Part shown: piece by piece, positions 1 to 11,589 of the stretch
How the letters are laid out: every line of letters begins with the position of its first letter
How positions within the stretch are numbered: the first letter of the stretch is position 1
Source of the DNA: Octopus sinensis
Lineage: Eukaryota
DNA length: 29,504 nt
Assembly: GCF_006345805.1 (NCBI RefSeq)
Contig: NW_021832956.1
Coordinates: forward strand, 1-29,504
Reading direction: 5' to 3'
Notes under the pieces: model-generated
Seen by the model: only the letters and a program-made list of their open reading frames with translations
Told to the model about the DNA's origin: nothing
The model's database searches: none
Translations under genes and position numbers: made by a program

Positions 1-132
1 TGGGCCAAAACGTCTCATACCCTTCTATCACTCCACCTAAGTATCAGTATACCTCCGTAGTACCATACCAATGTACCATTGAAGCATTGTATTACTGTAC
101 CACTGAAGCACTGTGTCCTCTCCAAAACTGAC

Positions 133-193
133 CTTTCCATCTAACTGTCTGTAAATGTTAAACACGTGAAGTGTTTATGAAAAATTCTTCAAC
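133..193 (-). other. Candidate exon of a minus-strand gene (would contain the stop codon)
   Basis: Acceptor TTTAACCTTTCAG|G (AG at 195-194) and donor AAG|GTCAGT (132-127). All three frames stop within the exon. Confidence 0.3.
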
Positions 194-263
194 CTGAAAG
201 GTTAAATATTGAAATGTCTTCAGGAATTGTCCAAAGACGTCTGACATCCCACCACTCACTCAC

Positions 264-337
264 TCTCTTTCTCTTCTTCTTTTTCTTCTTCCCTTCCTGC
301 CTGCAGTCCGTCTGATTCTGACTTTATCGGCCAATAT
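264..337 (-). CDS. Candidate internal coding exon ([24 protein letters not shown], or [24 protein letters not shown] in the other open frame)
   Basis: Weak acceptor TCTCAG (AG at 339-338), donor GTGAGT at 263-258 (alternative 259-254), and a ~70-nt intron to the next acceptor at 194. Confidence 0.3.
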
Positions 338-348
338 CTGAGATACAT

Positions 349-951
<603 letters not shown>

Positions 952-962
<11 letters not shown>

Positions 963-1187
963 AACGTAATCATTGGTTAAAATTTTTAAATGATTCATGT
1001 TGAAAGGCCGTTTGTTTTGCTCGGCTGATCTTGACAAATGAGTAAAAACATCGGAAAGGTTGATGGAATCTTTTTGAAGCTGAACAGATCGAAGATTCAA
1101 TAGAACAATGTGGACGGAGTTAGCCATATCCGAATATGAGCTTTCAAATATTGCCAAGAAAAAAAGGAAAAGAAACGGAAATAAAAA
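952..1187 (-). CDS. Candidate coding exon with signal-peptide-like start ([36 protein letters not shown]...)
   Basis: Branch point CTAAC, then TTTGTTTCTCTGCAG acceptor (AG at 1189-1188). 78 open codons of non-repetitive sequence, donor GTATGT at 951-946. No family recognised. Confidence 0.4.
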
Positions 1188-1265
1188 CTGCAGAGAAACA
1201 AATGTTAGAATTTAAATGGTGGAGTAAGGAAACACTGTGAGAAACGTGTCACTGGACAGAGGCTT

Positions 1266-1267
<2 letters not shown>

Positions 1268-1300
<33 letters not shown>

Positions 1301-1578
1301 CACAACACACACACACACCACACACACACACACATGCACGTACACACGCACACGCACAACACACACACACAACACATGCACACACACACCAACACACACA
1401 AAACACAACACACCTAAACACCAACACACAACACACACAAACAACACAACACACACACACACACAACATACACACACACCACACACACACACACCACAAC
1501 ACAACCACACAACAAACACACACCACACACACAACATACACACAACACACACACCACACACACACACAACACACACAC

Positions 1579-1619
<41 letters not shown>

Positions 1620-1679
1620 ACACACACACTCACACACAACACACACACACACAACACACACACACACACACACACACAC
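1268..1679. repeat. Degenerate (CA)n microsatellite
   Basis: Direct reading. Confidence 0.95.
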
Positions 1680-2039
1680 CGCATATCTCGTTATCATCAT
1701 TATAGTACGCCTGCTTTTCTATGCCTTCATGGCTCAGATGAAGTTAATTGTGACTGATTTTCTCTCGGCTGGATGCTCTCCCTGTTGCCAACCCTCACCT
1801 GTTTACCACTCTGGTAATATTTTTCTCCTTGGCCAAGCATGTTTTCCATGGAAGACTGGAAACAAACAACACCACTTGTATGATGGTGATGTTCCTTTAC
1901 AGGCATCACACACATGTCAAGATAAGGGTACGCATTAATACACACACATGCGCACTCACACACACACACGTGTATGTGTATTCGCCCACCACAATGGAAA
2001 TGAGATCCTAAAACTAAGGTTCCACATAAAAAGCATTGA

Positions 2040-2278
2040 TGTGGGTGCTGGTGCCACACAACAAAGCACTGGTGAAGGTGCCATGTAAAAAGCACCCAGT
2101 ACACTCTGTGGAGTGGTTGCTGTTTGGAAGGGCATCCAGCTGAAGAAACTAAGCCAGAACAGATGATGGGACCTCATGTGGCCCCTGGCCTCGCCCGTTA
2201 CTGTCAAACCATCTAACTCATACCAGCATCGAAAACCAACATTAACTGTTGATGAAGACAATGATGATGATGATGATA
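2040..2278 (+). mobile_element. RTE-type 3' tail / tail-sharing SINE fragment with (GAT)n end
   Basis: GGAAGGGCATCCAGC...CCAGCAT...(GAT)n motif shared with copies at 3315, 15920, 21380 and 28290. Confidence 0.7.
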
Positions 2279-2280
2279 TA

Positions 2281-2285
2281 TATAC

Positions 2286-2380
<95 letters not shown>

Positions 2381-2385
2381 TATAT

Positions 2386-2418
<33 letters not shown>

Positions 2419-2567
2419 ATATAACACTGAAACACTGAAGCAAAGTAACACAAATATATAGTGCGTGTGTTTTTATTGGCTAAACTGGCAAAATGACCAT
2501 TCCGAAATATAACAATATCTGTTTCAACACACGACTACATAAAATCTTGCACAACAAATATTTAAAC

Positions 2568-2618
<51 letters not shown>

Positions 2619-2627
2619 TATATATAT
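2281..2627. repeat. (TATC)n/(TA)n tracts with a ~150-bp non-microsatellite insert (2420-2568)
   Basis: Direct reading. Confidence 0.85.
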
Positions 2628-2920
2628 CTATGATGTAATGGGTGAGTTTTTTTCCTAGCATTTCTAGATTTATAGGTAATATTATGTTGACAAGAAATGA
2701 ACTTTCGATTCTAATCCAGAAACGAATTCGTCCATAATTAATCCAATAGGCAGGGATTTTGTTGTCTTCTTTCTCTTACCATATATGGGTTACAAATTCT
2801 GTTTTTTGTGTAGTCTTATTTTTATAGTAGTAGAAATAGTGACCTATTTGGCTGCTATTTCTAATATTTTCGGTATGTGGTTTTGAGCAACTTGTTGCAA
2901 TTAACTCTTTATTATAATTA
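2628..2920 (+). mobile_element. Probable Penelope-like pLTR fragment inserted in (TA)n
   Basis: Flanked on both sides by (TA)n and contains a degenerate minimal hammerhead motif. Confidence 0.55.
2681..2738 (+). ncRNA. Degenerate minimal type I hammerhead ribozyme
   Basis: Stem I ATTATG/CATAAT. Core TTGACAA (two changes from CTGACGA). GAAA-C-GAATTC-G-TC with palindromic helix III loop. Confidence 0.55.
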
Positions 2921-2936
2921 ATATATATATATATAT

Positions 2937-3007
<71 letters not shown>

Positions 3008-3012
<5 letters not shown>

Positions 3013-3247
3013 TGTTCCTTCTCGAGCCATGCCTGGTTCATTAGGTTTCCCGGTTTCCTTGGCATATAGATTCCCCACCTGGACGGGATGCCGGTCCATC
3101 ACAGGTGAGCTGCAAGATGCAGGAGGAAAGAGTGAGAGAAAGTTGTGGTGAAAGAGTCAGCAGAAGTTCACCATTACCTTCTGCTGGAGCCGCGTGGAGC
3201 TTAGATGTTTTGCTAGATGTTTTGCTAGATGGAGCTTAGATGTTTTG
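3008..3247 (-). mobile_element. tRNA-SINE 3' body (same family as 4796-5103), 5'-truncated
   Basis: Reverse complement aligns by eye with 4895-5100. Confidence 0.8.
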
Positions 3248-3261
3248 TATATATATATATA

Positions 3262-3467
3262 CTTGTGGTTGAAGGATTGTAGGTTCGAATCTCAGACCGG
3301 CAATATGTGTGTTGTTGGCGTTATGAAGGGCATCCAGCTGTAGAAACACTGCCAGATTAGACTGGAGCCTGGTGCAGCCTTCTGGCTTCCCAGACCCTGG
3401 TCGAACCGTCCAACCCATGCTAGCATGGAAAACGGACGTTAAACGATGATGATGATGATGATGATGA
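3262..3467 (+). mobile_element. Chimeric SINE: tRNA B-box head fragment joined to RTE-type (GAT)n tail
   Basis: GGTTCGAATCTC B box, then GAAGGGCATCCAGCTGTAGAAAC...CGGACGTTAAAC(GAT)n. Confidence 0.75.
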
Positions 3468-3485
3468 CATATATATATATATATA

Positions 3486-3657
3486 AATACAAAATTAGAA
3501 AATGGAGAAACATACTTAAATCAATCAAACATCAACCATCAAATGATACCCAATCAATACTTTATTACACCGGTGTAATAAAGTATTGATTGGGTATCAT
3601 CTGATGGTTGATGTTTGATTGATTTAAGTATGTTTCTCCATTTTCTAATTTTGTATT
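3486..3657. repeat. 172-bp spacerless palindrome (86-bp arms, one mismatch) at the start of a (TA)n-flanked element extending to ~3825
   Basis: Arms pair about the centre 3571/3572 (ACACCGGTGT). The only mismatch I found is 3542/3601. Confidence 0.95.
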
Positions 3658-3862
3658 ATTAATTTACGGTAATATTTTTACCCTTGCCCACATAATACAG
3701 TAAATGAACTAATTGCATGGCAATTTTTAACATTTATGTATTAGTCTTGTTGGGTACCTCTCTAGCAGTATATTGGATATATGTTATCCCATGGTGGGTT
3801 GAATTTTCAACCCCTATCTCATTTTATATATATATATATATATGATCAGGATGTGAAGGTTC

Positions 3863-4190
3863 ATGGTGGCTCAGTGGTTAGAGCATCAGCATCACAATCA
3901 TGAGATAGTGAGTTCGAATCCTGGACTGGGTTGTGTGTTGTGATCTTGAGCAAGACACTTTATTTCACGTTGGTCCATTTCACTCAGCTGTAGAAATGAG
4001 CTGCGATGTCTCTGGTGCGAAGTTGTATCGGCTTTTGGGCTTTCCTTTGGATAGCATCAGTGGTGTGGAAAGGGAAGTTTTGTATGCATGGGCGACTGCT
4101 GGTCTTCCATAGCACAAACCTGCCCAGACTTATACCTCGGAGGGGAACTTTCTAGTTGCAATCTCATGGTCATTCATGTCCAAAGGGGTT
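3863..4190 (+). mobile_element. tRNA-derived SINE
   Basis: A box TGGCTCAGTGG, B box GAGTTCGAATCC, then TTGAGCAAGACACTTTATTTCAC body shared with 9852 and 23186. Confidence 0.8.
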
Positions 4191-4199
4191 CATATATAA

Positions 4200-4350
4200 T
4201 GGGCTTCATTCAGTTTCCATCTACCAAATCCATTCACAAGGCTTTGGTTGGCCTGCAGCTTATAGTACAATATACTTGCCCAAGGTGCCATGCAGTGGGA
4301 CTGAACCTGGAACCATGTAGTTGGGAAACAAACTTCTTACCACACAGCCA
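4200..4350 (-). mobile_element. 5' part of the dominant tRNA-SINE family
   Basis: Matches 6368-6520. Confidence 0.8.
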
Positions 4351-4352
4351 TA

Positions 4353-4680
4353 AATCTGTGCCCTTATATGGCAGTGAAACATGGACACTGACAAAAAACT
4401 TATCAAATGGATTAGATGGATGCTACAAAAGGATGCTATTAATGGCCTTAAATGTGAAATGACAGCATCGTATGAAAAACGAATGACTTTATGGAAACCT
4501 GCCAAAAGTTAGCAAGAATATCAGGTAAGGATGGCTGGGACTATCTGGTCACTGCATGCACCACCCTGAATTGGAAGCATCTAAATTAGTCTTGTGGGGA
4601 CCCACTTCATGATGATCTAAGAAGAGAAAAATGTAACACTTACATTGACAATTTAATTGTAGACACTGGCCTGGAATGTA
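4353..4680 (+). mobile_element. Decayed RTE/RTEX-type LINE, region C-terminal to the RT domain
   Basis: Translates SVPLYGSETWTLTK...LDGCYKRMLLMALNV...LYGNLPKVS...LSGHC..HPE, with in-frame stops. Confidence 0.8.
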
Positions 4681-4795
4681 TTCAGGACCTTGAGCCAAGG
4701 ATACTGGACTGAGGAGTGAGGCAGGTGTACTTAGTTGCTGTGGCCCGGGTTGGAACCTGTCCATGATAATAATAATGGCCTTGTACACTTACAAT

Positions 4796-5103
4796 GTGGA
4801 GGCACATGGCCTAGTGGTTAGAGCAGTAGACTCGTGGTTGAGGAATTGTGGGTTTGAATCTCAGACCAGGCAATGTGTGTGTTTATAAGCAAAAAATCTA
4901 AGCTCCATGTGGCTCTGGCAGAAGGGAATGACGAACTTCTGCTGTCTCTTTCGCCACAACTTTGTCTCTCTCTTTCCTCTTGCATCTAACAGCTCACCTG
5001 CAACGGACAGGTGTCCCATCCAGGTGGGGAACCTATATGCCAATGAAACTGGGGAACCAGCCCTTATGAGCCAGGCATGGCTCAAGAAGGAACAAATAAC
5101 AAC
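4796..5103 (+). mobile_element. Full-length tRNA-derived SINE with (AAC)n-like tail
   Basis: A box TGGCCTAGTGG, B box GGTTTGAATCTC, central GTCCCATCCAGG motif, AACAAATAACAAC tail. Confidence 0.85.
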
Positions 5104-5612
5104 ACACCTACCTTATGATGTCATTCTAGAAAAAAAAATGCCATCACTTCAAAATCTTGAAGCTATGAGAGAATGTGGGACTAATTCAAAATAATCTCTC
5201 TATATATAAAAGGCAAAATGTCTGTGTGTGTGTCCTTTATACAAATCCACAATTTTTCAGTTAGAAGGCTCGCACTTTCTATGATCAATCAAAACCGTCC
5301 AAGAGTGGTCGTGCACATCTTTACATTTCCTCAGTCACCCTGCAAAGCCATTAAAAAATCAATAGAAGTAACTTTTTTGTGAATTTTCTATCCAAAACCC
5401 AATCAAAATGCCCGAAACTTGATACGCCAATTGAATGCCAGCTAGCTGTATGTGGTTGGTCGGAGATTTGGACAGTACTCGCGTGTATGTGTGCACGCAC
5501 GTGGCTGTATATGCATGCACTAGCACTATGACCCGGCGTTGCTGGGTCATAGTGCTAGTGTGTAATATATAAGCATTACATTTGAGAGCAAACTGAATGC
5601 TTGAAGGGTTAA
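5104..5612. mobile_element. TTAA-type MITE remnant interrupted by a Helitron
   Basis: Joining 5194 to 5559 restores the MITE sequence seen at 6100-6120/6530-6580. Ends GAATGCTTGAAGGGTTAA. Confidence 0.65.
5195..5558 (+). mobile_element. Non-autonomous Helitron
   Basis: 5' TC (A|TCTCTCTATATATAAA), GC-rich 3' hairpin, CTAG|T end, inserted between A and T with no TSD. Confidence 0.85.
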
Positions 5613-5950
5613 CTATTTCAAAGCTGTACTTCTCAGGCAAAGAGTTTGGTCTAAGACTATGTGTTGAAACTGAAGCAGTTACATCTTGGAAAACAGAGAT
5701 ATTAGCCATTCAAAAAACACATAAAGTCTGTTAACTTCACTCCAATATTTATTATTCAGTGTCAAAATTTTAGTTGCTTCAGCTGTGACTTTGTCTCTGA
5801 CAAGATTCTGTTATGTCCCAACAGAACTGCATCGGTAACCAGGTTGCAGTTGGTGTGGTGGAAATGTTGACTCTGAATAATAAATGTTTAAGTCTTTGTG
5901 GTGTTTAGGAATGACTAATATGTGTGTCTTCCATGTTGTAGTAGTTCATG

Positions 5951-6580
5951 TTAACACTTTAGCATTTGAACTGGCCACACCCAGCTGAAATATTCTGTTT
6001 TAAGTTCAAACTGGCCTGTTCTGACATCTCACACTTACCCTACAATGTCATTTTGAACATAAACAATCACATCATCGAGTTCTTGAGGTTACGAGATAAT
6101 GCAGGATAAATTTGAAACAATACTCTTTTACCCTTTTACTTGTTTCAGTCATTTGACTGCGGCCATGCTGGAGCACTGCCTTTTAATCGAGCAACTCGAC
6201 CCCGGGACTTATTCTTTTGTAAGCCCAGTACTTATTCTATCGGTCTCTTTTGCCGAACCGCTAACTAACGGGGACGTAAACACACCAGCATTGGTTGTCA
6301 AGCAATGCTAGGGGGACAAACACAGACACACAAACACACACACGAATATATATATACATATATACGACGGGCTTCTTTCAGTTTCCGTCTACCAAATCCA
6401 CTCACAAGGCTTTGGTCAGCTGGAGGCTATAGTAGAAGACACTTGCCCAAGGTGCCACGCAGTGGGACTGAACCCGAAACCATGTGGTTGGTAAACAAGC
6501 TACTTACCACACAGCCACTCCTGCGCCTATGTGAATTAATAAGGATTACATGTGACAGAAATCTGAATACTAACGGGTTG
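5951..6580. mobile_element. TTAA (piggyBac-like) MITE interrupted by a SINE
   Basis: Ends TTAACACTTTAGCATT and GAATACTAACGGGTTG. Homologous to the copies at 8561-9765. Confidence 0.7.
6121..6529 (-). mobile_element. Full-length dominant tRNA-SINE with internal microsatellite
   Basis: Minus strand AGGCGCAGGAGTGGCTGTGTGG (A box), GGTTCAGTCCC (B box), central CA/TA tract, AGTAAAAG-type tail. Confidence 0.92.
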
Positions 6581-6852
6581 GACATGCAAAATTTAAAAGT
6601 GATGTGAGAGGAGAGGAAATTCCGTAGGGATGGTCAGTAAACTGTTGAAATATTCAACCTGTAAATAGGTTCACCCTTCTAAGGATAGTCAGGTTAACTA
6701 CCCAAGGAAACAGACTAAATCAAATTAATAATAAGGAATGTTATGTCTGCCTATCAGGGTAATAAGTGTAGTCGTTCTATTAATGGCAGTCTGAAAAGAC
6801 AGATCTGTACACAGTGTCAAGTATTAGAAAACAACAACAATAACAATAATAA

Positions 6853-7697
6853 TAAGAGCATTCAGAGAGCGCAAACCTCCGCCAAGACAACACCAACGTC
6901 TGTGGAGGTGCAATGGCCCAGTGCTTAGGGCAGTGGACTCGCAGTCGTAAGAATGTGGTTTCGATTCCCAGACTGGGCATTGTGAGTGTTTATTGAGCAA
7001 AAACACCTAAGCTCCATGAAGTTCCGGCGTAGCGGTGAACCCCACTGTACTCTTTCACCACAACTTCCCCTCTTTCTTCCTACTTCTGCCACAAAGCAGA
7101 GGAATCATGGTGTAACCCACTATGGTGTGGTAAACTTTCAGAGCCTAGTCTAGATTGCAAATCCTCTGTACTCCAGGATGGTTCAGCTCTCTACCCATTA
7201 AAAGCCACCATTTACGGAATGAGGATAACCACCAGTCTATCGCGTGTGGTGGGTGGATCTTCAAGTTGCCACACGCATTCTTAGTAGCTTAGAGGAGGCT
7301 CGAATTAGAGATTATTCTTTGTGGCTAATGGCGTGAGTCCTGGCTGGAAGAAGAAGAAGACACCAAAGTCATCTCAATGATTAAGCGGAGATGATTTTTA
7401 AAATGAGAATATCTGAAACAAACTTGACTGCTCTCACAAACGAGAATACTAAAAATGAACCTGACCGCTCTCAAAACTTAAGTAAAAAAAAACACAGAAA
7501 AAAACAATCCAGAATCCTTGTCTGGTACCAGATCAATCCCAAAATCTAATCAGATTGTGCCAGTCACGAGCCCAAACATCCCTGAAAGTTTCAACTGAAT
7601 CCATCCAGGGGTTCTTGAGATATCTTGTCCACAGACAAACAAACAAACAAACACGACTGAAAACAATATCTGTGCCTTAGCGAAGGCGGAGGTAATG
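6853..7697 (-). mobile_element. Helentron-associated (HINE/DINE-1-like) non-autonomous element with nested SINE fragment (6901-7085)
   Basis: Subterminal inverted repeat ACCTCCGCC (6875-6883) / GGCGGAGGT (7685-7693), GC-rich terminal segment, (AAAC)n tract near one end, AAT-rich flanks. Confidence 0.65.
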
Positions 7698-7762
<65 letters not shown>

Positions 7763-7879
7763 TGAGTTTGGTTTAATGGCCTACCAATGTATACTATGAG
7801 TTTCTTTGCCCTAGGAGTCGGGAAGACACTCGGCAAGAAATGGAAGCAAATTTGAAAGAAGAAAAAAAAAAAATAATAA

Positions 7880-7935
<56 letters not shown>

Positions 7936-7985
7936 ATAATAATAATAATATAATAAGAAGAAGAAGAAGAAGAGTAATGATAATA
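7697..7985. repeat. (AAT)n, (AGT)n, (AAG)n trinucleotide tracts
   Basis: Direct reading. Confidence 0.95.
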
Positions 7986-8560
7986 ATGGTTATTTAGTGA
8001 TTTCCTGTTTGTTTTGTATCCGCATCAATGTTCTGTTTGAATGTAAATCCGTATTTGTTGATGATTGCGGATTTATCAAGAATGAAGTAAGAACGAGAAA
8101 ATAATATGGAGGAATCCATTAGAGGGGAGAAGTGTGTGTGTGTGTGAAAGAGAGAGAGAGATAAAGGGAGTGGGGAGAGGGAAAGTGAAGGAGAGGGAGA
8201 GATAGAAAGAGAGAGGAAGAGAGAGGGGTGTATGTGAGCAAGGTGGGAGACAAAGAGAGAGATATGGAGAGAGAGAGATATGGAGAGAGAGAGATATGGA
8301 GAGAGAGAGATGGGAGAGAGAGAGCTACAAAAGATTATGTCAAAGAATCGGAAATGAAAGAAAACCAGATTAATGCAAAAGGCAAATCCTTTAATCTCTA
8401 AAGATGACAGAAGTTAAGAAATTAAAAAAGAGAAGCAATATCTGTTCTCTCTATTGAATTCTAGAAATAAATCCTTGAAGTATTATTAAATGTAACATAT
8501 CTAAAATATAGGAGAGGAAATCAAGTGATACAGGTTCAAATATGACTAGGGAACATGGAA

Positions 8561-9765
8561 TTAACATTTTAGCATGCAGATTAGAATGACATTGTAGGGT
8601 AGGTGTAAGAGGTAGAATCTAGCTGATTTGAACATAAAACAGGTGGAATATCTGGGTTGGAAATGGCCAGTTTGACCCTTTAGCATTCAGATTATTCTGT
8701 CAAATGTAATCCTTATTTATTCAGATTGATTTGAATTAATCATGCATTATCTTGTAACTTTGAGATTCCGGTGATGTTATTGTAGGGTCGGTGTGAGAGG
8801 CTGGCACATAAAACAGGTCTGAATATCTGAGCTGGATTGGCTGGTGTAGCATGTAGCCATTTTTAAATAATAGCGCCAATTTGTGGTAGCTGGCAATATG
8901 ACGTAATGTTGTATTGCTGAAGAAATATGATTGTCGTTTTTCCATTGGTTAATATAACTGCTCATATAGGAATTCTTAGAATTAGTTAACCCTTTCGTTA
9001 CTGTATTTATTTTGAGATGCTCTGTATTTCTTTCAATTACTTTAAATATAACAAAGAATTTAGTAAAATAACTTAGTTATCATTCAGCTAGTGTTAGGAA
9101 CATAAATTGTGACTAAGGTTTGGTGGAAGATTTTAATTCAAAACTTATGAAAACAAGAGATTTGTACTACAGGGCCAGAGCCAGTTTCAGCCGGGTTGGT
9201 AACGAAAGGGTTAAAGAATATTTGTATGTGATTTCAATTCTTTAAAGTCAAGTTGAGCAGTTATAAAAACCCTGGATTTTGGGAAAAACGTCAGTGTTTG
9301 TTCGATATAACTAAACTCCACGACACTCACTCCTTTGAGACATTGGTGATTTTTTATGCCATGTCCAAGAAAAATCCAACACTGGTTTAACCGTTTAGCA
9401 TTCAGATTACTCTGTCATATGTAATCCTTGTTTATTCACATTGGTTTTTTGGATAAATCATGCATTATCCTGTAGCTTCCAAATTTCAATGATACAATTG
9501 CTTCTTTTTCAAATTACATTGTAGGATAAACGTGAAAGGCCAGATCTGGTCAGTTTGAACCTAAAACAGGTAGAATAGTTGGGCTGGACAGGACTGGTTT
9601 AATCCTGGTTTCACCAGAATACTTTGGCATTCAGGTCACTCATTAAATCTGATGATTCTTTATTCACATTGTTTTGAATAAATCATGGCGTTGTCTCATA
9701 GCTTTGAGATTTCAAAGAGCAGAATATTTCGGTCAGATATGGTCAGTTTAAATACCAAAGGGCTG
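8561..9765. mobile_element. Cluster of four decayed TTAA-type MITEs (~8561, ~8672, ~9387, ~9620)
   Basis: Repeated TTAACCCTTTAGCATTCAGATTA-like starts and shared CATTGTAGGGTA...AAAACAGGT body. Confidence 0.7.
8990..9210. mobile_element. Intact piggyBac-type MITE
   Basis: TTAA TSDs (8986-8989, 9211-9214) and perfect 12-bp TIR CCCTTTCGTTAC/GTAACGAAAGGG. Confidence 0.92.
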
Positions 9766-9789
9766 AGAAAGTAACTTCAGATGTATGTT

Positions 9790-10400
9790 ACTGACAATCT
9801 ACTGACCACTTGTTACTACTGGCCATCTACTGTTCATCTGTTGACCATCTGGGGAGGTGTGTGGCTTAGTGGTCAGGGTGTTGCGCTCGTGATTGAAAGT
9901 TTGTGGTTTCAGTTCCCAGACTAGGCAATGTGTTGTGTTCTTGAGCAAGACACTTCATTTCACATTGCTTTAGTCCACTCAGCTAGCGTAAACAAGTTAT
10001 CCTTGATGGACTGGCATCCCATCCAGGGGCAAATATATGTCTCTAAGAATCCAGGAAGCAGCTTTATGAGCCTATGGCTTAAGAAGGACCTTTCATTCTC
10101 TTTTTGATTGACCATCAAGAATCACGGACCACCTATTAATATTGGCCATGTATTGATCCCCTGTTACTGCAGTTTATCTATGAACTGCTATTTAAGCTCA
10201 TCTTCTGATCATCTATTGTTATTGACCGTCTATTGATCACCTATTAATACTGGCCATGTATTGATCCCCTATTGCTATGGATTATCTATTGACCATCTAT
10301 CATTTATGACCATCCATTGATCATCTATTACTGCTTCCTTTCTGTTAACTATCAACTCTTACTCACCATTTGTTTACCATCCATTATTATTGATTATCAC
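9790..10400. repeat. Degenerate TTGACCATCTA-type minisatellite interrupted by a tRNA-SINE (9852-10100)
   Basis: Recurring GACCATCT/GATCATCT units on both sides of the SINE. A ~45-bp block is repeated at 10128 and 10235. Confidence 0.7.
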
Positions 10401-10660
10401 TTTACTCTCTTTCACTCTTTTACTTGTTTCAGTCATTTGACTGTGGCCATGCTGGAGCACTGCTTTTAGTCGACCAAATTGATCCCGGGACTTATTCTTT
10501 GTAAGCCTGGTACTTGTTCTATTGGTCTCTTTTGCCGAACCGCTAAGTTACGGGGACGTAAACACACCAGCATCGGTTGTCAAGCAATGCTAGGGAGACA
10601 AACACAGACACACAAACGTATACACACACACACACACACACATACATACATACATACATA
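10400..10660 (-). mobile_element. 3' half of dominant tRNA-SINE
   Basis: Matches 6121-6360. Confidence 0.9.
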
Positions 10661-10735
10661 CAGAGACAAGTTTCAAAACCTTGTTTAGTGAGGGGATTTA
10701 TGTACAGTGATGTACATTGAAGTGCTTGTAGACTC

Positions 10736-11362
10736 TGTGTGTGTGTGTGTGTGTGTGTGGGAGTGTATATGAGAGAGAGAGAGAGAAAGAACGTGTGTAT
10801 GTGTGTGTGAGTGCAAGGAAGCATGTGTCTGTCTGAATGTATGTGTGTGTGTGTGTGTGTGTGAGACAGAGATATGTATGAGAGAGTATATTTGTGTGTC
10901 TGTGAGTGTGTGTATATGAATGAGTGTGTGTACAAGAGTGTGCATGAGGTAGTATGTGAGCATATGCATGTGTGTGTGTGTGTGTGAGAAAGTATGTTAG
11001 GTGAGTGTGTGAGTGTATGAAAAAGCATGTATGTGTTTATGAGATGCATTTGAAAGAATGTGTAAGATTGTATGTGTGTGTGTGTGAATTTGTATATGTG
11101 TGAATATGTGTGTGTGTGTGTGAATTTGTATGTGTGTGAATATGTGTGTGTGTGTGTGTGAATTTGTATGTGTGTGAATATGTGTGTATGTGTGTGAATG
11201 TGTGTGTGTGTGTGTGTGAATTTGTATGTGTGATATATGTGTGTGTGTGTGTGTGAATTTGTATGTGTGATAATATGTGTGTGTGTGTGTGTGAATTTGT
11301 ATGTGTGATAATATGTGTGTGTGTGAATTTGTATGTGTGTGAGAGAGAGCGAGAGAGAAAGA
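10736..11362. repeat. (TG)n tract with GTGAATTTGTATGT minisatellite
   Basis: Direct reading. Confidence 0.92.
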
Positions 11363-11589
11363 GGTGGGGGTGCAATTATAGACATATCTGTCAGAATGCA
11401 GTGCTGCCCCCCCGCTGCACCAGCGTTACTTGCTGCAGTAATTAAAAGTGCACCAATGCACCTGTTGCATGTCGCACATTGCATGTTGCATCAATTCTAT
11501 GAGTATATTGTGTCGTCTTGAGAGAGATTAATTATAACAAACAGCTAATTACATCGTTAACAATTACCTCCAAACTGCAGTTGATGCAG

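Noticed and set aside
265-345. Plus-strand pyrimidine tract and CTGCAG acceptor at ~306
   Set aside because: No downstream donor before the microsatellite. The minus-strand reading has both splice sites.
8017-8076. Imperfect hairpin (ATCCGCA...TGCGGAT) as a possible pre-miRNA
   Set aside because: Stem too short and loop too large. No recognisable mature sequence.
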